Shown piece after piece: positions 51,881 through 64,000 of a DNA stretch of 64,000 nucleotides (within the stretch, counting starts at the first letter, position 1; each line of letters opens with the position of its first letter). This stretch comes from Octopus vulgaris (taxonomy: Eukaryota). Where the stretch lies: positions 12,586,001 to 12,650,000 of the forward strand of contig OX597838.1 of the NCBI GenBank assembly GCA_951406725.2, written 5' to 3'. The notes beneath the pieces were generated by a model that was not told where the DNA came from, did not search any database, and worked only from the letters and a program-made list of their open reading frames with translations. The translations under genes and the position numbers were made by a program.

Positions 51881-52062
51881 TTTCTCTCTTGACTAAAAGA
51901 GACACTGACAGAAAGACGGGTCATGATAGGAGTTCACGTAGAAACTGAATCCCATTGACAAATGTGAGTACAGAAACTAGTGCAAATCAACCAATAGACT
52001 TCCTTTTCTACAAAAGGACTCACCAATCCCACTTTGGCCTAATTAGTCAATGGTAGGTCTAC

Positions 52063-52573
52063 AGGACATATCTATACATGTGTTCCTCTACCAACTTTGT
52101 TTCCTCATAACTTTCAGAAACATGAATATTTTTAAATGAGATTTTCTACAAGTACCTTTCAGATGGTGTAGTTTAGGATTATATTGGAATTAAATCTGGA
52201 GAAAAAAAATAGACGAGCACATACATATACACTAACACACATAACAATATATTTCGAAATTTCAAGTTAGATTTTGTTTGTGCATGTATGTATGTGTGCA
52301 TACCAACTTTTTTTTTTTTTTTTTTGCCATATTAAATTCTGATGTAATCATAATCTACACCATCTGAAAGGTTACAAATGTCATTAAAAATACCCTTTTT
52401 TTTCCCCCTGGAAGTTATGAGAAAACAGTTGCTCCATGTGAATTTTCCAAAACCCCTTTCTCCCTCCGCCATTAGAAAATTATACGTATCTGAAAATTTT
52501 ATTAAAAAGACATTTTATTTTTGAAAATTATGGGGTAACAAAAGTCGATGTGACTCACATGTGTAGGTATGCC
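52063..52573. mobile_element. Degenerate fold-back MITE
   Basis: Nested imperfect inverted repeats, e.g. CCTTTCAGATGGTGTAG / CTACACCATCTGAAAGG, and terminal GGACATATCTATACATGTG / CACATGTGTAGGTATGCC. Confidence 0.55.
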
Positions 52574-52859
52574 GTCTCCAGAAGTTAAAACTTGTGATCA
52601 ATCTCAATCCCAAGAAATTGTTGATGATCTTATTATATTCTTTATTTCTAATTTTATGATATATTTCTTTGTTCACTTGAAAAAAATTAATTTATACTGA
52701 AATTATTGTGTTTTTCGTTTGATTTGTACGAAATAGAAATGTAGTCGATCTGAACTGCGAATTATCACAAGGGAGTTAACTCTGTTCCGAATACTGTGGA
52801 GTTATGATCCTTTGTCTTTTCAGAAACGAGCACTACGCTCATTGTTCGTTGTATGTGTA

Positions 52860-53170
52860 TGAATGGCTTATAATCTGTGGAAATGAGACATGGGTTCTGG
52901 GTGCAGAAGACATGTGTAGACTAGAGAGGAATGAAGCTGGTATGCTGAAGAGGAATTAGATGCAGCCTGCAAGTGAGAAGGCTATGCAGGTTTGGACATG
53001 CGATGCATATGAAAGAAGACTGCTGTTTAAAGTAGATGGCAGCTGTGAAAGATGGAGACCCAGGAAAACCTGGAATCAAGTAGTGACGACCAATCTCGAG
53101 ATGTTGACCCCCCACAAAGGAGATGACAATGAATCGAGATGTCTGGCAATATGAGGTTCTAGAGAAGACC
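52860..53170 (+). mobile_element. RTE LINE 3' fragment
   Basis: GNETWVLGAEDMCRLERNEAGML...RLCRFGHAM...VDGSCERWRPRKTWNQVV. Confidence 0.75.
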
Positions 53171-54280
53171 TGCCCAACTCAGTGGAACCGAGTTCTAGAA
53201 GCACTGTGTGTTCCATACAACATTAAATTTTTCACATTTTACCACACTCTTCCCTAATAAATCACATTACATCTCCCCTTTCTCGTCTTCCCCATACTTC
53301 CTCTTTTGTCATGCACTACGCTCATCTCTTCCACCCCACTCCTGCAGCCCAATCTTGTCCTTCTTGCCCTGTCCAATGTAGTACCATTGCTATTTTTTTG
53401 CCCCCACCCCTCTATATACCCGGGTTTCACCAGCCACTGCATTATCCCCCTTCCCAACTCTGCATTCAAGTGAACTTCCTATTCATGCACCCTTAACAAT
53501 GCTCTACATCCCATTTCTATTCTCATCCCCGAATATGCCCCAGCACATCACCATCATCTCTCTCTTTCTCTTCCACCCTCACTCTCTCTCATTTTTGTTT
53601 ATCACTCTCTCTCTCTCTCTTCCCTCCAACAGTGGTAACCATGTATCTTCTCTATAGCTTCTCTCCTGTCAGGCTCATAATCTCGTCACCATGCACAAAG
53701 ACACCTCATCCAGTACTCCTCTCCCCCTCAAAGGACCTTTGTCTTGCAAGTTGTATGGTGACCTTGCCAGTGTTGGTGTCATGTAAAAAGCACCCAACCC
53801 ATTCTGTAAAGTGGTTGGTGTTAGGAAGGGCATTCAAGCCCTAAAAACTATTCCAAAACATACACTGGAGCTTGGTGTAGTCTTCTGGCTTGCCAGCATG
53901 AAAAACAGATAGTAAATGATGATGCTTACAGGAGTGGCTGTGTGGTAAGTAGCTTGCTAACCAACCACATGGTTCCGGGTTCAGTCCCACTGCATGGCAT
54001 CTTGGGCAAGTGTTTTCTGCTATAGCCCTGGGCCGACCAATGCCTTGTGAGTGGATTTGGTAGATGGAAACTGAAAGAAGCCTGTCGTATATATGTATAT
54101 ATATATGTGTCTGTGTTTGTCCCCCTAGCTTTGCTTGACAACCGATGTTGGTGTGTTTATATCCCCGTTACTTAGCGGTTCGGCAAAAGAGACCGATAGA
54201 ATAAGTACTGGGGTCAATTTGCTCAGCTAAAGGCGGTGCTCCAGCATGGCCGCAGTCAAATGACTGAAACAAGTAAAAGA

Positions 54281-54326
<46 letters not shown>

Positions 54327-54746
54327 CAAAGAGATTATATAAATGACTAGCAGCTAAGCCCAGTTTCACCCGGTTAGAGAACGATGCAAAGAGGAAAACG
54401 AAGACATCAGAAAAAAAAAAAGTAGTGGACACGAAGTGTTGTTTGGGCAACACACACACACGCACATATGTACATACATACACACACACACACATATGTA
54501 CATACATACACACACACACACATATGTACATACATACACACACACACACATATGTACATACATACACACATACATACATATATATATATATTTTACACAC
54601 ACACACATACATGTGTGGCTGCACTTATTTATTTATCAAATATCTATATTTTGATTGGAGAGATCTCTAGATGTCACCTGATCTATCTTTTTTTTTCTTT
54701 TCTTCCTCTCTATCTCTTCCACCTCTAAAAAAAAAAAAAATCATCA

Positions 54747-54781
<35 letters not shown>

Positions 54782-54929
54782 TGTGTTATTACTTTTGTTT
54801 ACCATTAGTGTTATTTTTACTCTCTGTTGTTATTAGTGTTGTTATTACTATTGTTATTTAAATTTCTAAATTTAAGAGATTGAGTCATATGAACTTGCAG
54901 ACACTTTCTCTCTTTTTTCCCCCCATGAC

Positions 54930-54980
<51 letters not shown>

Positions 54981-55114
54981 GTCACTAGTCAAACAGGTCA
55001 CTGAATTCAGTGCAACTAAGGTTATGCTGAGGTTTTTTACTGCTGTACATTTTAAATGCTTTTGAAAGGTGCTAAAGAAGATAGATTCTGGATTTTTATG
55101 GTATCTTAGTGGTT

Positions 55115-55530
55115 TCTTTCTTTCTCTCTCTCTCTGCCAATCTCTCTCTCTCTCTCTCTCTCTCCTCCCCCTTTCTCTGTTTCTCTCTTTCTCCACTTCA
55201 TTTCTCTCTTTTTTTCCTTTTTCCTCCCTCCCTCTGTCTTGTTCTTCCTCCCTCTCTCCCCTCTTCGTCTTGCTCTTCCTCCCTCTGATTTTCTCTGCCT
55301 CTCCTCTCATTCTCCCTCCCTCTCTCTCTCCCTCTCCCTCTCTCTCTCCCACTCTCCTTCCCTCTCTCTCCATCCCTCTCTCTTTCCCTCTCTCTCTTTC
55401 CCTCTCTCTCCTTCCCTCTCTCTCTCCTTCTCTCTCCCTCTCTCCTTCCCTCTCTCTCTCCCTCCCTCCCTCCCTCTCTCCCTCCCCCTCTCTCTCCCTC
55501 TCTGCCTCTCTCTCCCTCTCTGCCTCTCCT
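55115..55530. repeat. ~400-bp polypyrimidine/polypurine (CT-rich) tract
   Basis: Almost exclusively C and T on the plus strand. Confidence 0.95.
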
Positions 55531-55974
55531 CACTTTCAACAGACACTACCTTCACAAAACAATATGAGCCAGCAAAGGAGCCACCATGTATGTGCTCAGC
55601 TGCTGGAAATAGCCAAATCATTCTTGATTCCATTTACCATCCTAAAAAGAAAGAAAAAAAAGGCAGCAAAAATCGAATACTGTAGTCTTGGACACACTTA
55701 ACCAACCAATAACAAAAGATGGGATGATCATAGGTAGAATTCCTTTTGATCATAGATTTGTTCATTTGAGACAGTCCTAGGGCTAAGCAACATCTAACAA
55801 ACTTTCAAGTTTCATAACTTATCATTTTCTCAAGACATTTATGTTCTTCATTTAGTCAGAATAAGGGAGCTAGAAATAGCAGTTAAATATTCCTAAAATT
55901 TACACCTGTCGGTTTTATTCTTAATACCAAAACACTTCAGACTGCTTCTATTGAGTAAAGTACATCAACATCAA

Positions 55975-56385
55975 ATCAAATGAAAATTGAAGTTGTCAAC
56001 CCCATGCTGGTAGCACGTAAAAAGCACCATCCGAATGTAGCCAATGCCAGTGCCACTTTGACTGGCTTCTGTGCCGGTGGCACGTAAATAGCACCAACCA
56101 ATCGTGGCCATTGCAAGCCTCCCCTGGCACCTGTGCCAGTGGCACGTGTGCCAGTGGCACGTAAAAAGCACCAACCGATCGTGGCCGTTGTAAGCCTCGC
56201 CTGGCACATAAAAAGCACCCACTACACTCACGGAGTGGTTGGCGTTAGGAAGGGCATCCAGCCGTAGAAACACTGCCAGATCAAGACTGGATCCTGGTGC
56301 AGCCTCCTGGCTTCCCAGACCCCAGTCAAACCGTCCAACCCATGCTAGCATGGAAAACGGATGTTAAACGATGATGATGATGATG
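55975..56385 (+). mobile_element. SINE/LINE-tail family C ending in (GAT)n (representative copy)
   Basis: Internal GGCACGTAAAAAGCACC repeats, then GGCGTTAGGAAGGGCATCCAGCCGTAGAAAC...CATGCTAGCATGGAAAACGGA..TAAACGATGATGAT. Other copies at about 1788-2312, 8404-8637, 15285-15630, 31878-32125, 40570-40885, 41925-42130, 44677-44815, 44858-45060, 45670-45870, 47157-47312 and 50998-51185. Confidence 0.85.
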
Positions 56386-58441
56386 GGCTTCTTCCAGTTT
56401 CTGCCTACCAAATCCACTCTCAATGCTATGAGCAGAAGACACTTACCCAAGGTGAATCTGGAGGTGGGACTGAACCTGGAACCACGTGGTTGGGAAGCAA
56501 GCTTCTTACCACACTGCCACATTTTAATTTCATCAATGAATCTGATACAAAACAGTTTACAACCAAATTTAACGGATCTCTGTATTTATAGCCATGAACT
56601 TCTCCATCAAGTTGAGTTTGCTCTTTTTCCGTGAGTGTGAGTAAGTGGTTATTCTAAGGCGGCGAGCTGGCAGAAACATTAGCACGCCGGGCGAAATGCT
56701 TAGCGGTATTTCGTCTGCTGCTACGTTCTGAGTTCAAATTCCGCCGAGGTCGACTTTGCCTTTCATCCTTTCGGGGTCGATAAATTAAGTACCAGTTACG
56801 CACTGGAGGGTCGATGTAATCGACTTAATCCGTTTGTCTGTACTTGTTTCTCCACTCTGTGTTTAGCCCCGTGTGGGTAGTAAAGAAATGGGTTATTCTA
56901 AGTACAATAATACTTCTATGTCTATGCAGTTGTGATATCTTGAGGTTTTGCTTTCTTTACCATTCTTTAATGTGTTGACAGCACCCCTAAGTTAAATATT
57001 TTAGTTATTTTCATTAACTCCTCCCAATACACAGTTTTTTTTTTTTTTGTGGGGTGAGCTTCAATATTATTTGTTTGCTTATTGATAAGGTCAGTGACTT
57101 TTAATTAAATTTCTTTTACATTTTTCAAGAGGAAGAAAGGGGTAGATAACTATCTAGAGCTATTTATGGTCTCTTTGATAGAAAACTGGAAAACTGGGTG
57201 ATGTTACCATGGTAACTGAACATATTTAAATGTGTGTGTGAGCTGGTAGAATCACTAGCGCACAGGACAAAATTCTTAGTAGCACTTCTGGCTTTATGTT
57301 TTGAGTTCATATTCCACCGAGGTTGACTTTGCCTTTCATTCTTTTGGGGTCAGTGAAATAAGTACCAGCTGTAGATTGGAGTTGGTGTAGTCAACTAGAT
57401 CCCCCGTCCCACAAAATTGCAGAAAGTAGAAAGGTTATATATTGAACGTAAGGACATTTTGCTCGCAAGCAAATTGTTCTTGCCTCATGATGTATGTCAG
57501 CAGCTTGATCTGACAGAGATAGCTGCCATACTCTTTTACTTGTTTCAGTCATTGGACTGTGGCCATGCTGGAGCACCACCTTTAGTCGAGCAAATCGACC
57601 ACAGGACTTATTCTTTGTAAGCCTAGTACTTATTCTAACTGTCTCTTTTACTGAACCGCTAAGTTACGGGGACGTAAACACACCAGCATTGGTTGTCAGG
57701 CGATGTTGGGGGAACAAACACACACAAACGTATAGATATACATATATACGACAGGCTTCTTTCCAGGTGGTGACACCTTGAGCAAGTGTCTTCTACTCAC
57801 AAGAACCAAAGTCATGGGATTAGATTAAGTAGATGGAAACTGAAAGAAGCTTCACATATATATGCATGTCTGTATGTGTGACCTTGTCCTGACATCTTCT
57901 GATGGTTGTAAACAAGCTTCACCATCATAATAGCAAGGTTGTTCATTTCAAGTCTTCTGTGAAAAGCATGTCTTAGATATGGGGGAAATATTACCTTGCT
58001 TAAAAACAGGTGAGGGTTGGCAACAGGAAAGGCATCCTGTCTGCAGAAAATCTGCCCCTGACAAATTCTTTCATGGAAAAGTGGATGTTAAAATATTGAG
58101 GATGATGATATCCTCCTTTAGCTGGAAGCAGGAGAGGTAAATAGGCATCACTAGGTTGTAATGATATAAAAATAAACACCCAAGCATTTAATTGGACAAT
58201 GAATGAAGAGGTATTCTCTCTGGGTGGAGTGTACATTCGCTAAGTGGGTTGTTTTGTTCCCTAACAATGACAATTGAAGTGGACTGTTAGTAGAGACAAC
58301 TAATGTATTAGTATAAAACTGGATACTTATTTTAGTTTTGGTGACAGTCATATTACAAAAACAGTTCTTAACCCTTTCATTACTATGTTTCAATGAAAAT
58401 GCACCTGCATCTGTTTTAATTTATTTTGAAAATAACAAAAT

Positions 58442-58857
58442 AGGTGCAGGAGTGGCTGTGTGGTAAGTAGCTTGCTAACCAACCACATGGTTCCGGGTTC
58501 AGTCCCACTGCGTGGCACCTTGGGCAAGTGTCTTCTGCTATAGCCCCGGGCCGACCAATGCCTTGTGAGTGGATTTGGTAGACGGAAACTGAAAGAAGCC
58601 TGTCGTATATATATATATGTATATATATATAAGTGTGTGTGTGTATATGTTTGTGTGTCTGTGTTTGTCCACATAGCATTGCTTGACAACCGATGCTGGT
58701 GTGTTTACGTCCCCGTCACTTAGCGGTTCGGCAAAAGAGACCGATAGAATAAGTACTGGGCTTACAAAGAATAAGTCCCGGCGTCGATTTGCTCGACTAA
58801 AGGCGGTGCTCCAGCATGGCCGCAGTCAAATGACTGAAACAAGTAAAAGAATAAAGT
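58442..58857 (+). mobile_element. tRNA-derived SINE family A, full-length plus-strand copy
   Basis: Same head, body and tail as 4731-5151, in forward orientation. Confidence 0.9.
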
Positions 58858-61791
58858 ATAAGTGCAGGTTTGGTGGTACGGTAAGAAGCTGACTTCCCAT
58901 ATTGTTTTATGAGAATTATTGTTTGGAGACGTATCCCGCTTCCAAGATAGGGGTTTACGTTAAGTGAATATTTTTTTCTCACTTAATTGTGAGAATTGTT
59001 GCTTGGGGAGGGGGCATATTGTGCCTCCTAAAACTTTGTTCACTTTTTGTGAATTTTAAAAATAATTGTAATTGTGAGAATTGCTGTTTTGGGGGAAGTG
59101 TCTTTGCCTCCCTCAGTTGAAAAGAAAAAAAAAGAGGAAAAACGGGACATTGCCAGCAGTCTGTGACATAGTACTGGAATGTCCCAGAACCTCATCAGTT
59201 GGGGTTGTGCCCTTATGGTGCTTTTTCCACCGCCTTTTATACCTTTCTGCTTCTACAGAAGAAGACCAATAATTTGCTTTCCTCCGGGGGCAGGATATCC
59301 AATTCTACTGTTGGTGGCACAGTTCCCACCAATGGCGTCTCTTCTGCCAATATTCAATAACAAAATGAAGCGCTAAGCCTCTTACCTTTCTTTCCAAACT
59401 CGGAACTTTCAATAACACTGAGGCTTTTCAATCTCTTATCGCTATTCCTTGGCAACATTATTACCTCCACAGCTATCTGCAGAGGCCATTCGGGATCCTG
59501 TGTGCAGGCTAAAGGTGCTCCCTAATGGTGCTTTTTCCACCACCTTTTCTACCTTTCTGCTTCTACAGAAGAAGACCAATAATTTGTCTTCCTCTGTGGG
59601 GGCAGGATATCCAATTCTACCGTTGGTGGCACAGTTCCCACCAATGGCGTCTCTTCTGCCAATATTCAATAACAAAATGAGGCGCTAAGCCTCTTACCTT
59701 TCTTTCCAAATTCGGAACTTTCAATAACACTGAGGCTTTTCAATCTCTTATCACTATTCCTCCTCAACATCGCTTGTGCCTGCATACTCTGCCATCACCC
59801 ATGCCTCATTCAAGATCAAAGCAAGCGCCATGTTGGCATCACCCAGGTACAAGCGATATTCTTCATTGAGTCCCTTCAGCCTATTCATCACAGGCAACAT
59901 TATGACCTCCACAGCTATCTGCGGAGGCCATTCGGGATCCTGTGTGCAGGAGACAAATTTTCTAGTCAGATGCCCTTCCTGTTGCCAACCCTTAACTCTG
60001 TCTAAGCAAGGTGTTATTTCCCCATGACCAGACATGCTAGTGCAGAATACTGGAAATGACTAACATTCATTTACAATAAACATACACACACTCACACAAC
60101 ATACATACAGATATACCATGGACTGCTTTACCAAATCTACTTATAAGGTTTCAGTTGGCCTGGGGCTTTAGTAGAAGACGCTTACCCAAGGTGCCATGCA
60201 ATGGGACTGAACTCAGAACTATGTGGTTGGAAGCAAGCATTTTACCACACAGCCATCCCTGCACTTATATATAAAATCATCAGTTGACTTCCACTTTTCC
60301 ATGTTGATGTAGATTTTCTATGATGTGATATTTTTTCCTCTGCTAACCCCCCCCCCCCCCCACCTATTTCCAAGTCAAATGATATTTCCCCAAGGCCAGA
60401 CACGTTTTTCGTGGAAGTCTGGACACAAACAACATTGCTTGTATGATGGTGTTGCTTATGGCAGAAACATTAGCACACCGGGCGAAATGCTTGGCGGTAT
60501 TTCGTCTGCCGCTACGTTCTGAGTTCAAATTCTGCCAAGGTCAACTTTGCCTTTCATCCTTTCGGGGTCGATTAAATAAGTACCAGTTACGCACTGGGGT
60601 CGATATAATCGACTTAATCCGTTTGTCCTTGTTTGTCCTCTCTGTGTTTAGCCCCTTGTGGGTAGTAAAGAAATAGTTGTTGCTTATTTACAATCATCAC
60701 TTTGATGTCAAGACATGATCACGCACACACACACACATTCCAGTTTCCATATATATGTGTGTGTGTGTGTGTCAGTGTGTGTTTATATATGTATATATTC
60801 TCTCACACACAGACCACACTATTTCCCTTTATAAAAAATGATTGGATTTGATTGAAAGGTGATTTAGCTTTGTTACTGTGTCTTTTTTATTTTATTTTAT
60901 TTTATTTTAATTACTTTTTTTTTGCTGGTGTATTTATTGTTACATAGCCTAAAGCTTGCCGGAGGACATCATGCGACTGTTGAATCAATAAATGAATGAC
61001 ATCAGAGCAAAATAGTGGCAACCGGAAGATTGTAGACAATTAGAATAATTTGGGGGATTTTGTCTTTTATTTGATCCTGTGTTGTGTGAGTCATTGTTCT
61101 AATCAACTTCATCTCAACCCACCCACCCCTCCTCTCTCTCTTCCTGTGTGTGTATTCTTGTTTGATACATAGGACTGTGGCTATGCTGGACAACTCCTTT
61201 AAAAGGTTTAGTCAATCAAATTGACCTTAGTATTTTTAGATTTTTCAAGTCTTGTCCTTTAAGTCTAGACTCTTATGCTACACTGATAAGTTACGGAGAA
61301 TGTAATCAAATATAAAGACATTTACACACGCACATATATGCATGCATGTATATGCTTTCCACTCAGGTTTCTGTCTGCCAAATTCCTTCTCGAGGAATTG
61401 CTCAGCCTGACACTTTTGTAGAAGATACTTGCCCAAGGTGCCACATAGTGCAATTGAACCTGAAACCAATTGGTTGTGAAGCAAATATTTTAGCCATACA
61501 GCCATGCCTACACCTATGTATGTATGTGTGTCTCTTTCTCTCTCTCTCTCTCTCTCTCACCCTATATATATATATATAATATATACTCTTTTACTCTTTT
61601 CAGTCATTTGACTGTGGCCATGCTGGAGCACCGCCTTTTGTCGATCAAATCGACCCCAGGACTTATTCTTTGTAAGCCTAGTACTTATTTTATCGGTCTC
61701 TTTTTTGCCGAACCACTAGGTTATGGGGACATAAACACACCAGCATCAGTTGTCAAGCGATGTTGGGGGGACAAACACTGACACACAAACA

Positions 61792-61828
<37 letters not shown>

Positions 61829-64000
61829 CTACGATGGGCTTCTTTCAGTTTCTGTCTACCAAATCCACTCGCAAGACTTTGGTCGGCCTGAGGCTATAGT
61901 AGAAGACACTTACCCAAGGTGCCACAGAGTGGGACTGAACTCGAAACCATGTGGTTCGTAGGCAAGCTACTTACCACACAGCCACTCCTACGCCTATATA
62001 TATATGTACACAAACACATGCACAGGTATGAAGAGATAAGAAGTTTGCTTCTCATAGTGGCACCTTGGGCTGACCAAAGTCTTGTGAGTGAATTTCATAG
62101 ATGGAAACTGAAAGAAACCCATTGTGTGTGTATATGCACGTTAGAGCTTGCATATCTTTTTGGGGGATGTATAAACTCTTGATTATATATATAGTGATTC
62201 AACAAAAGAGACCAATAGAATAAATACCAGGCTTTAAAAAAGCAGTACTAAAATTCTTCAGGGCAGTGCCCCAGCATGGCTGCATCCTAATAAATGGAAC
62301 AAACAAATAAAAGAATATATATATGTGTGTACATATTTGCATACACATTATATATAAATGTGTATGTGTGTGTATGTATATATATATATGTGTGATATGA
62401 TATGCAGATTACTGTCATAGTATACAATGCTTAACATGGCTTGTATGTGGGACAAACTGTGCAGTTTTTCATTCTTCGGATGGGTTTCATAGGAATTAGG
62501 CTAGTAGGCACTTTTCTTCTTCTGTGGCCTTGCCTTACTTACATCATTTCTAACATCTTCCACTGGCAATAAAGCCCATATGTGGTATTTAGGAAGAGTT
62601 TCATACTATTTCATTTATATATATATATAATATGTATATATATACACTCTTTTACTCTTTTACTTGGTTCAGTCATTTGACTGCGGCCATGCTGAAGCAC
62701 TGCCTTTAATCAAGCAACTCGACCCCCGGGACTTATTCTTTTGTTATCAAGGACATCATCATTCAATGCAACCTTCTAGTTTCATTAGCTCTCTCTTTTT
62801 TTTATTCTTTACTTTTGGGTTTTTTTTTTTTTTTGGCAGTGGGGTGCATTAACCCTTTGGCATTCATATTAGTCAAATGTGATACTTATTTATTCACATT
62901 GTTTTGAATTAATCGTGTGTTGTCTTGTAGCTTTGAGATTTCCATGTTGTGATTGTTTATGCATAGAATGACATTGTTGGGTAGGTATGGGAGGCCAGAT
63001 CTGGCTCATTCGAATATAATGCAGGTAGAATATTTGCACCTGATATGGAGTGATTTTGAAGAAGCCTTGATTGCTTTATCTCACAGACTCTAGAGCAAGC
63101 TAATGAAGGAGTTTCTCACTTGAATAATTTCCTAAATTTGTATACAGGTGTTTATTGTTGCAGCCTATTTCTTTACTGCCCACAAGGGGCTAAAGACAGA
63201 GGGTACAAACAAGGACAGACAAAGGGATTAAGTCGATTACATCGACCCCCAATGCGTAACTGATACTTAATTTATCGACCCCCGAAAGGATGAAAGGCAA
63301 AGTCGACCTTGGCGGAATTTGAGCTCAGAACATAGTGGCAGACGAAATACCGCTAAGCATTTCGCCCGGCATGCTAACGTTTCTTATTTTTTTATTGCCC
63401 ACAAGAGGCTAAACACAGAGTGGACAAACAAGGGCAGACAAACAGATTAAGTCGATTACATCGACCCCCAATGCGTAACTGGTACTTAATTTATCGACCC
63501 CGAAAGGATGAAAGGCAGAGTCGACCTCGGCGGAATTTGAACTCAGAACGTAGTGGCAGACGAAATACCGCTAAGCATTTCACCTGGCATGCTAACGATT
63601 CTGCCAGCTCGCCGCCTTCAACTGAATGCATTGGTTTACTTTTTTTTTTTTTTTTTTTTTTTGCTTTTAGTACTGGGCTCAGCCTTATTTGATTGAGACA
63701 AATAAACGGCCAATTTGTAAACGAGGGTTAAACTGAAAAGCTTAATTAATTAATCAGTGATTAAGGCCATTCATCTATGATTTATTATATGATTGTGAAA
63801 AGATTTCACGTGATTTAGACTTTGTTTGGTTTTTTATGAACAATGGATACCCAGCCTCCAGAGACAGCAACAATTCGTCTCCTCACCGGCAACGTATAGA
63901 TTGATGGTGTTGGTGTTGCTATTGCCTGCTCACTTGTTAAAAATATACATAAGTGACAGAGGCAGTATTAATACCGAGAGATAATATTTATTCCCACTTA

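Noticed and set aside
51840-51895. Possible HDV-like ribozyme at the RTE 5' end
   Set aside because: Only a short 3' remnant is visible, and I could not build the nested double pseudoknot.
52824-52860. Apparent splice acceptor TTTTCAG and exon
   Set aside because: The downstream sequence is an RTE LINE remnant with stops.
54885-55701. R/E/G-rich and S/L/P-rich ORFs up to 210 aa
   Set aside because: They are translations of a CT/GA low-complexity tract.

Overview
Eukaryotic, AT-rich, very repeat-dense genomic DNA. The SINE families and microsatellite load look like a coleoid cephalopod (Octopus); this assignment is my inference. The ORF track is almost all microsatellite or SINE noise. One real gene is recognisable: the 5' end of a USP5/USP13-type deubiquitinase on the minus strand, with three coding exons at 12083-11985, 3252-3127 and 905-848 and canonical splice sites. 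A repeat-poor, CpG-richer island at about 33.7-38.6 kb probably holds the promoter and first exon of a second, unidentified plus-strand gene. The rest is three abundant SINE families, RTE-clade LINE fragments, Helitrons (two with intact TC...hairpin-CTAG ends), Tc1/mariner remnants, hAT-, piggyBac-like and unclassified MITEs, a 29-bp minisatellite and very long microsatellites. The most interesting signal is a set of short Penelope-like elements carrying minimal type-I hammerhead ribozyme folds. At least three unrelated families are present, each with a non-canonical catalytic core (G3:C8 swap, U4C, A6U), and two sit inside long fold-back palindromes. Also notable are a perfect 23-bp hairpin with an inverted partial copy upstream of the putative promoter, and a CGG-terminated MITE with a 6-bp TSD.
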